Positions 14,848 to 25,464 of a stretch of DNA of 64,000 bases are shown one piece after another (the first letter of the stretch is position 1; each line of letters begins with the position of its first letter). The notes under the pieces are model-generated. The model had not been told where the DNA came from and did no database searches. It was given only the letters and a program-made list of their open reading frames with translations. Origin of the DNA: Hyaloraphidium curvatum SAG 235-1 (lineage: Eukaryota > Fungi > Monoblepharomycota); the NCBI GenBank assembly GCA_025558095.1, contig JAIVFI010000027.1, forward strand, positions 372,001-436,000. The letters are read 5' to 3'. The position numbers and the translations under genes are program-made.

Positions 14848-15237
14848 ATGGACCGCGTCTGTTGCGTCCGGCGGCATCGCACGATCTTCTTTGTCGAGTT
14901 TCGACCATCGGACACGGTCTCGACGATCAAGGGGAAGCTGTCCCGCTTGGTCGACGGGGAACGCGAGCCCAAGGACATGCGGTTGCAGCTGCAGAAGAAC
15001 GACAGCTACGTCACGCTCGATGACCTGATGAGCGCCGACGCGGCCGGCATCGTCGACGACGCCGTGGTCTTCGTGACGTTCCGCAAAGACTCAGGGGGTG
15101 AGAGCTCCAGACGCGACGCCGGGACCAACGTCACTGACACGCCTTAAGGTTGGGAGCCGGTCGAGGTTCCCGAGATGGAGTCTCTTGCGGACGATGTCGA
15201 AGAAGAGGTGGACGTGAAGGGAAAGGGACGGGGCTGA
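14848..15237 (+). CDS. Small ubiquitin-like protein, Elongin-B-like, 2 exons
   Basis: VRRHRTIFFVEFRPSDTVSTIKGKL...DMRL...LDD...VFVTFRKD-GWEPVEV resembles Elongin B (IRRHKTTIF...QRL...LLDD...VGLAFR); by-eye similarity only. Confidence 0.6.
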
Positions 15238-15263
15238 ACTTAGGCTCGGTAGCAAGATCTTTC

Positions 15264-16275
15264 TCATGGCAAGACACGGAGGCCAACGGCTAGCTTTTGT
15301 TCCATCCAAGCCGCCAGGAGTTTGCCGTAGGCGTTGGTGTCGGAGGCGGTTCCGAATCCTCGGCAAACGTCGACCTCCATTTGGCGCTGAACGTGTCCTC
15401 GCCACGGCTCCGCCCGTCCGGGTTCTCCGGCGCGGGTTCCGTGTTGATGCGGCGCAAGCTGCCTCTCTTCTTTGCAATCTCTGCCATCATTTTCTCCATG
15501 TCGATGCCTGGCACTGGGGATCTTGTGGTGGTCACCTGCGAGGTACGGGGTGAGCCCGGGGTCTGCTACTGGCGCCTGCAACCACCAACCGTCGACTTTG
15601 CAAAATTGACGCTGACAAAAGATGCCCCAATATTCATCAGACGAGAGCGCAGACCACGGCGACCGGCACCCACGTTCCAACCGCATCCGTGGCAGACGTG
15701 TGGGCCTGGCGATCGTGGCGGTACCCCGGCATGGACACAAAGAGCGGTGGCAGAGGCGGAGGCGGAGGTGGCGCGCTGTTTGGCAGGGCCACCATGTCCT
15801 CGTCCGCTTCTTCGGAGCTTGTTTGGGTCCGCAAAGGGGGCGCCGACGCGGCAGCCGCCTTCAAGCTCTCCATTTGCCCTGTTATCTCCGACCGGAGCTT
15901 GTGCAGGATCTCATGCTTCAAAGTCTCCTTCCACTGCTCGATATCGGCGGGAGAAGGCGACGCCGGAGCCTCCGGGGCCAGTGTTTCGTCCGTCCCAACC
16001 GCGTCCTCTTCGGAACCACGGTCCGCAGTTGCGCCCTTCACGGGCGTACCGTATCGCGATCCGGCCCGCGAGTACAGGTGATACTTTGTGTGCCGCTCGT
16101 GCTTCGCGCGCTTGATAATGCCCCGCGTGGTCGTGGGACGCGGCGCGACGGTTTGGCGCCGCTTCCCGCGGAACCGAGCCCAGAGGAAGGAAAAAGTGTC
16201 CCACAACCAGCTCGTCCACGTCCGTCGGTGCTCGGCGACTGCCAGCTGCTTCGCAGGGCCCACGGGTCGGCCCAT
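15264..16275 (-). CDS. Hypothetical proline-rich protein with coiled segment and WH2-like motif; exon structure and end uncertain
   Basis: MGRPVGPAKQ start, WKETLKHEILHKLRSEI helix, poly-Pro, then DMEKMMAEIAKKRGSLRRI (helix plus LRRI). Confidence 0.5.
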
Positions 16276-16625
16276 TCCGTTGAGTTTCGAATATGAGTCT
16301 GATCCCTTGCGTCTCCGCGCACCGCCGGAGCACCACTTGAGCTCGTTTCGAGGAGCGGGCCCGCAAAGGTCCAGCCTCGCCGAAAGCGTACATATCGTAG
16401 TCTGCGAACGACTCCCTCGCACGCAGCTGCCACGGCCTGCGAGTACGTAGACCGTACCGAATCGGAGGAGGGAGGTTCGGCGTGCCCACGGATCACCAGG
16501 GCCCGAACTGCTTGCTGGAGATTTGGATCACGTCCAACGGCTACAAAGCTTTGAACCTTGAGAGTCTGTTCTCGGCCAAATTTGATCGTAGGCGGCGCTG
16601 AAGGTGCGGCCGTGCGGCGAGTCCA

Positions 16626-17046
16626 ATGGTCTGCAAAACTTGTGAATCCAAGTTGTCTGCCGTAGCCGCACCGGTGAGATCGCCGTTTCCACCCGCGATC
16701 GGCATCGCTCACACTTGTCGGCCACCCCCTGTCTCCCAGGATCCATGGAAGACCGGCAGTAAGAACAGCGCCGCCGGGTCCTCGGGCAGGCCGATCGGGC
16801 AGAACAAGCTGCTCACGAAGAAGGCCAGGAACCCTATAATGGACTATTCCAATCATTGCCGGACATGGTGAGATCTGGCTCGTTTAAGCCCCGATCGATA
16901 CTGACGCGGCGTTCGGTGACAGCAAGACGCGGGTGTCACAAGCGGGAGCACATTTTTGTCAAAGCTGCGCCTACAAGGCAGGCATCTGCAGCATGTGTGG
17001 GAAGAAGGTGCTCGACACGACCGGTTACAAGATGTCGGCCAAATGA
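16626..17046 (+). CDS. CRIPT: Cysteine-rich PDZ-binding protein CRIPT, 3 exons
   Basis: MVCKTCESKL...DPWK...IGQNKLL...HFCQSCAYKAGICSMCGKKVLDTTGYKMS. Confidence 0.92.
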
Positions 17047-17488
17047 GGAATGGACAAGACCCGGGGACTTCAGACCGCTTGGGCTCGTAGGACGCTCAGT
17101 CGTGCCTTTCGACTCCGTACCACTTGGGCTCGCGGACACTTCAGTGGTGCCGTCTGATGCGGTTGGCGTTCCATTCGCTGTCGTCTCGGGATAGTGCTTG
17201 CCGGTCCCGGCTCGGCAGCGGTTCGGCTGCTGAAGCTATCCCCGCTTCTGCTCCGTTGAAGCCACACTTGCGGCGTGCTTCGACGCCTTTGTAGCGGAAC
17301 GTCAAACCGTCGTCTGCTCCAGGATGGACTGGGAAAGTGTTGGGGAGGGCTCCCTGCCGTCTGCGGAATATTCGTGTCTGTGCATGGAGGGTGCTGTGGC
17401 AATTGCAACCCACAAGAAAACGTACATATCAATGATCCTCAATGTTCTTCGTCACGTCATAGCCTAGCCGGTGGTCACCGCGTAGAAA

Positions 17489-18408
17489 TCAAGCCACCTC
17501 CACCGCCTTCCTCTTCACGCCCGAGTTCACGACCTTGTTCTCCACCTTTTCGCCGCTTGCAGAAGAGTGTCCGTTGTCCGACTCGTCCTCGCTGTCATCC
17601 CCATCGTCGTCCCTTGATGAGCAACAGGGTAAGCATGGCGAACATATCTACCACCCCGCCAGCACCCACCAAATCGCGCGCGCTGGTTTCACCGTCGCTG
17701 GAGCGGTCTTCGGCTTTGCATTTGCGGCAGACGTGGCTTTCTTGAGACCTGCAGGTCGATGAGCTTTGCCAACGTGCGACGCGCGAAGCACCCACCCTTC
17801 GCCACGGCATCTTTGACGTCCTCCCTGGCCTTTTCGTGGTCCGCAAAGAACTGCGAATCGTCGAAGCGAATCTTTTTCGCCTCCGGCTCCTTCAATCCCT
17901 CTGCGATCTTCTTCTCGATGCGCTCCTTCTCTTTCCGCTTTCGCTCCTCTTCCTGTTCAGCGTACTCTGCCATTTTCTTGGCTTCGTTCACGGTCTTCAT
18001 CCGCCGGCCCTGGAGATCCCTGCATGCGTCCTTGTTGTCCGTCTTTTGCGACGACATGCGGCCGCCTAGGGCGCGCAGGTTGCTTCCGAAGCCGCCCTTG
18101 CCGCCCCGCAGGCGGAAGGCCAAGCTCAGAAGCAGAGGGGAACCCGCATCGCCAGAAGCCGGGCCCGGCAAGGCAACGCAAGCCGATTGCCCAGCAAGAA
18201 GGTCCTCGTCCGCCAAATCCCAGCCGCTGGCTGTCACTATGCGCTGCTCCGCGGTAGGCACATCGATCTGGCCGGCCAACCACTCCTTCAAGTCCAGTAC
18301 GGTCGCCGCCCCCGCTGCGCGCTCGCCAGCGCAATAATGGAGCCGAGCAGCAAGTCCAGGAACCCTCACGTAAACCCCGAGAGGGGCATCGCTCGGTGGG
18401 CAGCCCAT
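17489..18408 (-). CDS. SDE2: Sde2 (ubiquitin-fold splicing/replication-stress regulator), multi-exon
   Basis: [46 protein letters not shown] (GG/KGG cleavage signature). Confidence 0.9.
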
Positions 18409-18557
18409 GTCTGTGCGGTTGCTGCGCGACCACGGCGGGTGACTGCGGGTGATCAGCAGCGACGGTCGCGTACCCGCGCAGGACATCTCCGCAGAGGACA
18501 TCTCCGCAGGACGTCCGCGGAGGCCATGGTCCGGCGCGGCCGGCGCAGTGCTTCACC

Positions 18558-21075
18558 ATGACGCGGACTGCTGACGGCGATGGCGGGGCGGGCCCGGACC
18601 TGGCCGCGCTGCTCGCGCGGGCCCCCCTCGGGCAGGGAGACTTCCGCGTCACGTACGACCCCGCGCTCGCCTTCAAGAAGGGCCGCACCGAGGTGGAAAA
18701 GTCGACGAGTGGCCAGGTGCTTGCCGGGAAGGTGCGTCGAGCGGTGCCCGTCCGCGCGAGGAACGGGACTAGAGGCCCGGTCACCGCAGGGTGTGAAGCC
18801 TGGCGTGGATCCGCGGAGGAAGGCAAATCCCCGGGATCAGTCGCGCCGGAGCGTGGCTGAAAGGCTCCTTCCGGTTGCCTTCATGGTAGGACGCGTCGGT
18901 CCGCCGTGGACGAGGTTCCCGACGCCAACCGTTTTCGTGTCAGCCTGGGAAGGCCGGACCAGTACCGAACGGTGCATCGCATGGAGCTGCAACGCTTGGA
19001 CGGATACCTGGAGCTCCTAGGGATGTGCAGTCGAACGGTCGGCCGGCATTTGGTGCCATGGGACCCCCGTTGCCACCGTCAATGCACCCCGCAGGCAACT
19101 GGAAAGGAAACCCAGGGCCACTAGTCAACGGAGGCGCCTCGACACTGGCCCCGCTCGCTCCTTTGTCGACCGAGGCGGCCCAAGGGCGCGTCCGAGTGTC
19201 GAAGAAGCGGTTGCTGGAGGAAGCCGAGAAACTTGTTGTCGACGACCTGCTGACCGCCGTGACCCGGGACATCAAGAGCAAAGTCGTGGGCGGCATCGTC
19301 AAGGAGACTCTCGGCATTGGTGCGGGACGCGGACTGAGCGAGAACTACCGTCCGGATCCGAACAATCCCCTGGACGCACGGAGCCCCGCACCGTTACCGA
19401 ACGGCCCTTCGAAGAAGCTGCCGGCTTTCCGCAAATTGAACCCAAAAAAGACCGCACCTCCCGTCGTGAATGGACACAAGCTTGCTTCCCCTCATGCCGC
19501 GGGTTACAATGACCTCGTGCCTCTGGTGCCCGGGGGGAAGCGGCACCCTCAGAACGCTCTGAAAAGGAAGCGCCCTGCAAAGGCTGGCCCGGCGGACATC
19601 GCGTTTGCAAAAGGCGGCATTGTTTTTGACGGAGCGATCGGACCTCCGCCAAAGAAGAAATCTGCAAGCAAGCCTCGGGCTACCTTGTCCGAGGAGCAGA
19701 GGGTTGAGCCGGAGCCGAAGCCCGTGAAAGTGAAGGACAATTTGCGGGACGCCTTGGATATTTTGGCGGACGATGACTCGGACGTGGAGCTGGAGGGGAG
19801 GTTGTATGCTGCCGTCGCTGGGTATCGGTCCCGTTCGAGGGCACATGCGCGGAAGCAGGCGGTTGTGGCGCTGTGGAAAACGGCGATGAACGTCAGCACT
19901 CATGATGCCCTAGCGGGGAAGGAGCCGATCTGCACGGAGCTGGCTCTGTTTCCGGATATGGACGGCGATGAAGAGGACACGGCGTTTGCGCGCCACCTGT
20001 TGCAGACTTGGGTCGAAGCTCATGAAAGAGGTCAACCTTCACCGCTGAGTGAGTTACAGCGTTCCATCCGGTTGATGTGAGACTCATTAAGCCTCATGCG
20101 CGTTCAGCCAAGGTCGCGGGAGCTGGACAAGACGTCGCGGAGGACGAATTCGGCTTCCAAAATGGTCTTCGCCAGCACCTGACGGGATCCGCGAGGACGG
20201 AGGGCTATTACCAGATCCCGCCGCACATCAAGGCCATCTACCTGCCCAAGCAGGAGCCAGAAATCAAGCCTGCCGCGTCTACGACCGCGACAAAGAGCAC
20301 CAGCCGGACCCAGCGGAACGATTACCGCATCCTAGCCCGTGGAATGGATCCTTTGCGCATGGCATCAGGCGCCGCAGTCGAATCTTCGGATGCCTTCAAG
20401 TTCAACCAGCTCAAGACGAGGAAGAAACGTCTCAAGTTCGGGAAGTCTGCCATCCACGACTGGGGTCTGTTTGCCATGGAGAAGATCGAAGCCAATGGTG
20501 AGCCCAATTTGCGACTTCGCCTACGTGAACCTCATGTGACGCGTGCCCGACCTTTCAGACATCGTTATCGAGTACATCGGCGAAACAATCCGGCAAAAGG
20601 TGGCAGACCACCGCGAAAAGTACTACGAGCGCATGGGCATTGGAAGCAGTTACATGTTCAGGATTGACGACGAGTTTGTGGTGGATGCCACTCGGATGGG
20701 AAACCTCGCCCGATTCATCAACCATTGCTGTGACGTTGGTGCACTGTTGCAAAACCCCATGTGCTGTTTCTTACTTCTGCACCCCAGCCCAACTGCAATG
20801 CCAAGATCATCACTGTTGAGGGGCAGAAGAAGATCGTCATTTATGCGCGGGTTGATATCAACGAGGGTGAGGAGATAACCTATGACTACAGTGAGCTGAA
20901 GGCTGAGTGATCGAGCTGTCCTCTCTTCTCACCACCACCTAACCCCAGAGTTCCCCATCGAGCCCGATAAGATACCCTGCCTGTGTGGCTCTGCAAACTG
21001 CCGTGGCACCCTGTGGGACTCATGCCATTCTGGCTTGCAATTTTTGCTGACATATCTCCCGTCCTCAGGAATTGA
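18558..21075 (+). CDS. SET1: Histone H3K4 methyltransferase Set1, multi-exon
   Basis: [14 protein letters not shown]; [25 protein letters not shown]; [11 protein letters not shown]; ARFINHCC; EEITYDY; post-[16 protein letters not shown] via a final intron (21013-21068). Confidence 0.95.
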
Positions 21076-21259
21076 TTGCAGCCCACCAATCTGCAAACCC
21101 ATCATCAGTGATTCCGCATCATACCTATACCCAGTTATTGTAGTAGTGAGACCCAATGCACTGATTCGATTGACTGCATGGCGAGACCTTTCTTGTGCTG
21201 CCTCACATCGCTCGAGGGCTTGAACTTCATGCCCGGCACCCAAAGCTACACGGCCCAGA

Positions 21260-22047
21260 GTTTCCAATCTGGTCTGCAGCTTCTGGCATCGCTCTGCATT
21301 TGCTGAACAGTAAAACTGAGAATGTTGTTCGTCTCATGTGCTCAGGGTTATGTTTTGCAGGTCCTTGGTGCCTGCCTGTCTCCACCTCCAGATCGTGAGT
21401 AGAGCAGAGCAGCTTCTGGACGTCCCTCCGGTGCTTCTCCACCCGGATCAGGGACGGTGCAATGTGACCAAAGGTCATGTCACACATCCTCCAGAAGTGC
21501 AGCTTATCGTTGTCCTTGAGCTTCTGGGCATTGATCTCCCTGAACTTGCCCTTCACAAGATTCTCCACAGTCTCCTTGGCCCATGAAAAAGTGTCCTTCT
21601 CCCACATCTCCCTCCCCTCATCTCCACCATAGAACACAAGTAGTTCCCTCAGGAAGGCAGCCCAGTTCCAGCACCCCTTCAGTGCCTCGATCTTGAGCTC
21701 CTTGTAGAGCAGGTACAATGCAGGGTCAGCTGTTTTGATGCGCATGAGGAACTTGAGAGCCGACTCATGGTCATGAACTGCAAGAGGGTACTGGCCAGTG
21801 ATCGCGTACAGACAAGCCAGGGAGGTAGACTTGGGCTGATGAGTGACAGCACGAAGGGCCATGCATGTCACTTTGTCCCTGGTGCTTTCCCCGGCAAGGT
21901 ACTCCTCCTTGCTTTGGCATCTCCACAATGAACGGGTTCCCATATTGGCCCACTGCCTTGACCTTCGTGTTGTAGAGCTTGAGCTGGAGGTCAGGACCCA
22001 TCCCAGGCTGCTCCCTGATGTTGCGGAGCCAGAGCCCATAAGCAGCG
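21260..22047 (-). mobile_element. Defective non-LTR retrotransposon (LINE) fragment, 3' part of ORF2
   Basis: Near-identical to 37415-38007 (inverted) and similar to 27540-28345; HDLEVETGRH and DEQHFLFHC-type C-terminal region. Confidence 0.85.
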
Positions 22048-22637
22048 TCTTAAAAAGAAGGAATCACAGTTGTTCGCGCGGACATGGTTGATGTATGCCC
22101 GAGCGTGTTGAGCTTGAACCATGCCGCCGTCGATGTCCTCCCCCGAAACGGCGTTGGCCATCACGGTCGGCATCACAGCGGCCTCCCCGCCGCTATGTAG
22201 TTAGTAGTCGAAGCCGTCGCCGTAGGTTGCTGCCTCGCCGGGCTCGTGGTCGTAGCCGACATAGCTGAGATCGGCTCCCTCACTGTCACCATGCATCGAG
22301 CCGTATCCCAGGAAGCCGAAGGCTGTCAGGCAAGGCTGCGATGAAGATCGATCTGGGTGCGGGGCGGGTGAGTTGCCTTCGGCAGCGGCGTCGCCTTACC
22401 GAGATGAACAGAGAGGATACGAATCGAATCAAAATGAGATAGCGGGATAAGGAACGGAAAATCAAGTCAGTATCAGTCGCGGATGTTGTGAGATCCGAGG
22501 GGAGGTTTTCCGGGTTGAGGTGCGGTCAACCCGGGAAAACATATATATAGCGACTCCCGTCCCAACCTCCGTCACGCGGCACACAGTCACGCGCCAGGCC
22601 CGCGGCCCCTCCTGGTGCGAGGCAAACGCTGACGTCG

Positions 22638-22962
22638 AGCACCACGGCCCCTTCGCAACGCCGGGCCCACGGCCCATACTCTAGCGCCGGGCCCACGGCC
22701 CCTTCGCGGCGCCGGGCCCGCGGCCCACATTCCACTCGCGGGGCCCGCGGCCCCTTCACGGCGCTGGGCACCGCGGCCCTCTTCTTTAAGCGTCTGGCAC
22801 CTCGGCCCCTCGCGATGCGGGGCACCGCGGCCCTTCCCCTAGCCGCCGGGCACCGCGGCCCCTTCAGGGCACCGCGGCCCTTCGCGACGCTGGGCACCGC
22901 GGCCCTTATCAACGAAGCGCCGGGCACCGCGGCCCCTTCGCGGCGCGGGCACCTCGGCCCAG
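22638..22962. repeat. Array of ~13 GC-rich units with core GGGC(A)CC(G/A/T)CGGCCC and variable 5-16 nt spacers
   Basis: Direct reading, e.g. gggcaccgcggcccCTTCGCGACGCT, gggcaccgcggcccTTATCAACGAAGCGCC, gggcaccgcggcccTTCCCCTAGCCGCC. Confidence 0.9.
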
Positions 22963-24237
22963 GATCCCCCCCCGATTCTCACCCCCGCTGTGTTCCATCT
23001 GGGCATCTGCCAGCATGGCGTACGGCTGCTGGGGCAGTGACGGGCACTCGCGCTGTACGTGCCCCTTGCCATTGCAATTGTGGCACTTCTTGTCGGGGCA
23101 CGCCGATGCCACGTGCCCCGGCTTGCCGCATTCGTGGCAGGTGATCTCACTGGTCACCGGAGCCGGCCTCCAAACGGCAGCACCAGCCGGGCGGTAGCTT
23201 GGGCCGCCCATCGGCCTCAGTGTCTGCACGGGGTAGTAGCCGCGGCCTCCGCGCATGCCGCCACGTGCCAACCCGCGGCCGCGCATCCGAGTATCATGGC
23301 CCTGGCCTTGGATAGGAGCCATGCCGCTCGGTCTGTAGCTGGGGTACGGAGCGTAGCGACCGTGCTCGTACCAGGGGCGCTGCGGAGGCCGACTGAGGAT
23401 GCCACCACCACGGAGGGCTTGTTGGGGCGGCTGATAGGCAGTGAAGCCGGGTCCGAATCCAGCAGGGGGCAGGAGCGTCGGGAGTGTCGCCGGAGCTGTC
23501 ATCTTGACAGGTGCATGCGACATCTTGTTTCCTTGGGCTGTGTTAGCCGCATCCCGCATGCCATTGAACGAGAATGTTATACTCTCGCTCTTGCCGTCGT
23601 CGTTGAAGTGCCCGTCGTCGTCAATGACTCGGCCCCAGAATCCTTGGAGTTCTGCGAACGGGAAGCCTTCGGTGAACGTCACCATCAAAGCCACGTCGTA
23701 GTCTGAGAGTGGTTTCTTGTGCGCAAGTCTCTCTGACTTGATACTCAGCAGCTCATTGAAGTTTTGGTCCACAGTCTTTGAAGCGTCCCACTGCCACTTG
23801 TTTATGCGGACTTGGGACGCGTGTACCAAGCGCGCCTTTCCAACTTTGAACTTCTTGTGAATCGCGATCCAGAGGTCGTAGGCCGTCTTGGGCTCGTCGA
23901 ACGCTTCCTGGAGGACGTCGTCGAGCATCAACATGAGCTCGCCGTAGGCCTTTTCGGCCGTCGTCCTGAACTTGTGTTCCGTGAGGATCGAGTGCGCGGC
24001 CTTCTCTTCCTCGGCAAGGATGGTCTGCCTCTGCCGGTCTGTGGTCTCTGGAGCGGCGCTGCGCTCAGCAGCCCTCTTGCGGGCCTGCTCGAGCTGCCAG
24101 TCGATGCTGAGGACGTTGTTGACGACGTACTCGTACACCCCGAGCTTGTTGAGGTAGATGGGGGCCTTGCGGTCCCACTGGACCATGTTTTCACCGGTGT
24201 TGAGCAGGATAGGCTTGTCGGCATCGTTGGCTGTCAT
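22909..24237 (-). CDS. Copia-type Gag with two CCHC zinc knuckles and no pol (truncated LTR element)
   Basis: KAYGELMLML...KTAYDLWIAIHKKF (Copia gag pattern), RGG-rich region, CHECGKPGHVASAC and CHNCNGKGHVQREC. Confidence 0.85.
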   Translation of the reverse strand: MTANDADKPILLNTGENMVQWDRKAPIYLNKLGVYEYVVNNVLSIDWQLEQARKRAAERSAAPETTDRQRQTILAEEEKAAHSILTEHKFRTTAEKAYGELMLMLDDVLQEAFDEPKTAYDLWIAIHKKFKVGKARLVHASQVRINKWQWDASKTVDQNFNELLSIKSERLAHKKPLSDYDVALMVTFTEGFPFAELQGFWGRVIDDDGHFNDDGKSESITFSFNGMRDAANTAQGNKMSHAPVKMTAPATLPTLLPPAGFGPGFTAYQPPQQALRGGGILSRPPQRPWYEHGRYAPYPSYRPSGMAPIQGQGHDTRMRGRGLARGGMRGGRGYYPVQTLRPMGGPSYRPAGAAVWRPAPVTSEITCHECGKPGHVASACPDKKCHNCNGKGHVQRECPSLPQQPYAMLADAQMEHSGGENRGGILGRGARAAKGPRCPALR

Positions 24238-24302
24238 CCTGTCGCGGGCGGGCTTCCAGGGGTAGCAGGCACGTGTCAGAGCAGTTGAGACTCTTAATCC
24301 TT

Positions 24303-24542
24303 TGTTCCCCTGGTCGCAGGCGCCCAGAGACAGGTGCAGATGAGGCAGGTGGCGTTCCTGGTGTTTGTTGTGTTATTCCCCTCTCCCTAGAGCCGCCCTC
24401 CTAGGTTATTGTCTAGCCAAGATCCACCCATCCATCCAAGTCCAACATCCAACTCCAGGACCAACTCCAACTCGATCCGACGGCTCCAAACACATCCATC
24501 CATCCCCAGCAACACTTGTTCCCCGACTTCCAGGCGCTAACA
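24303..24542 (-). mobile_element. Probable 5' LTR of the gag-only element
   Basis: 240-bp segment bounded by TGTT...AACA, followed on the minus strand by a weakly PBS-like aaggattaagagtc and the gag ATG; no second copy in the window. Confidence 0.45.
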
Positions 24543-25254
24543 ATCAGGCTGACGGCTCAGCCTGGAGATATCTGGAGCTCCTGGAGAGCGAACTGCGACG
24601 TGGCGTGCGCGTGGTGAGGGTTTTGGCCTTGGGATGGAGGGGAGCCACCCTGGAACCCGCCGTGGGGTATCACACGACAAAGCTTGGGGGAGGACGCTGG
24701 GGCAACCCAGGGGTTGGACCACCAAGCCGTTGCCGGTGCCATGGACGGATAAAGGCGCCGTGGATGTCTCGCAGACAAGCGGGCGCCGAGAAAGATCCCG
24801 CGCCGCGCAGGTGCATGCAGGTGCAGGGCTTTGGTGCGGTGTGTCACCGTTCCTGAACAATGTGCCTTTGTGCCAGGCATGGGCTTGCCGAGGCGACGCT
24901 GCAGGTTAGCACGCGGATGCTTGCAGAGGTCGGCGGATCGGAAATCGTCACTCGATCATCCGCAGATTGGCCTCACGTCCCAGCATACTGTTGTCAGTGA
25001 ACCTGCGAAGCCAAAGATGGGCAAAGATAATGAACATTGGATCTTTCTTTTCTTTGCCCTCCCATGATTCGTTCCTGGGATTCTGCCCTGCCAACCTCGC
25101 TGGGAACAAGTACTCTGTCCATGACTACGATGAAGGTACAGTATGTTGCAAGCGGCTGCATATTTGTGCTCTGCCCTTGCACTGACATCATGAAGCATGT
25201 ACCAGCATCGCATTTGCTAGGTATCGCGTGAGGCATTTGACCTGAAGCACAAGA

Positions 25255-25461
25255 TGTAGAAGTTCGAGCCCATGATCAAAGTGAGGCGGCAGAAGGAGAA
25301 GGCCCTAAACTCCATTGCCAGCTTCATCTCAAAGTCCATGAAGGACAGAAAACGGGGAAATGAAAAAGATGCACGACGACAAACTGCAAACTAGCAGCAA
25401 ACTGATGGCGTAACAGCGGCCAAGCCAGGGGCAGGTCCGGGTCACCAATACTGTTCTATTC
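25255..25461 (+). mobile_element. 5'-truncated LINE 3' end with TATTC-type tail
   Basis: Matches 25875-26082 and the reverse complement of 27280-27490; ends ggtcaccaatactgttctattct. Confidence 0.85.
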
Positions 25462-25464
25462 TGT

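Noticed and set aside
17070-17432. Ser/Thr-rich minus-strand ORFs between CRIPT and SDE2
   Set aside because: No consistent frame or recognisable motif; may be UTR
21001-21223. SET1 C-terminus apparently disrupted or extended by the repeat island (RGTLWDSCH...)
   Set aside because: An intron GTGGGA...CTGAC...CAG (21013-21068) restores the conserved ...CRGTLN* ending
22638-22962. CRISPR array
   Set aside because: The core is only ~14 bp, spacers are 5-16 nt and partly recurrent, there are no cas genes, and the context is eukaryotic
24560-25250. Possible decayed integrase or other transposon remnant
   Set aside because: Only vague motif traces; cannot be assigned by eye
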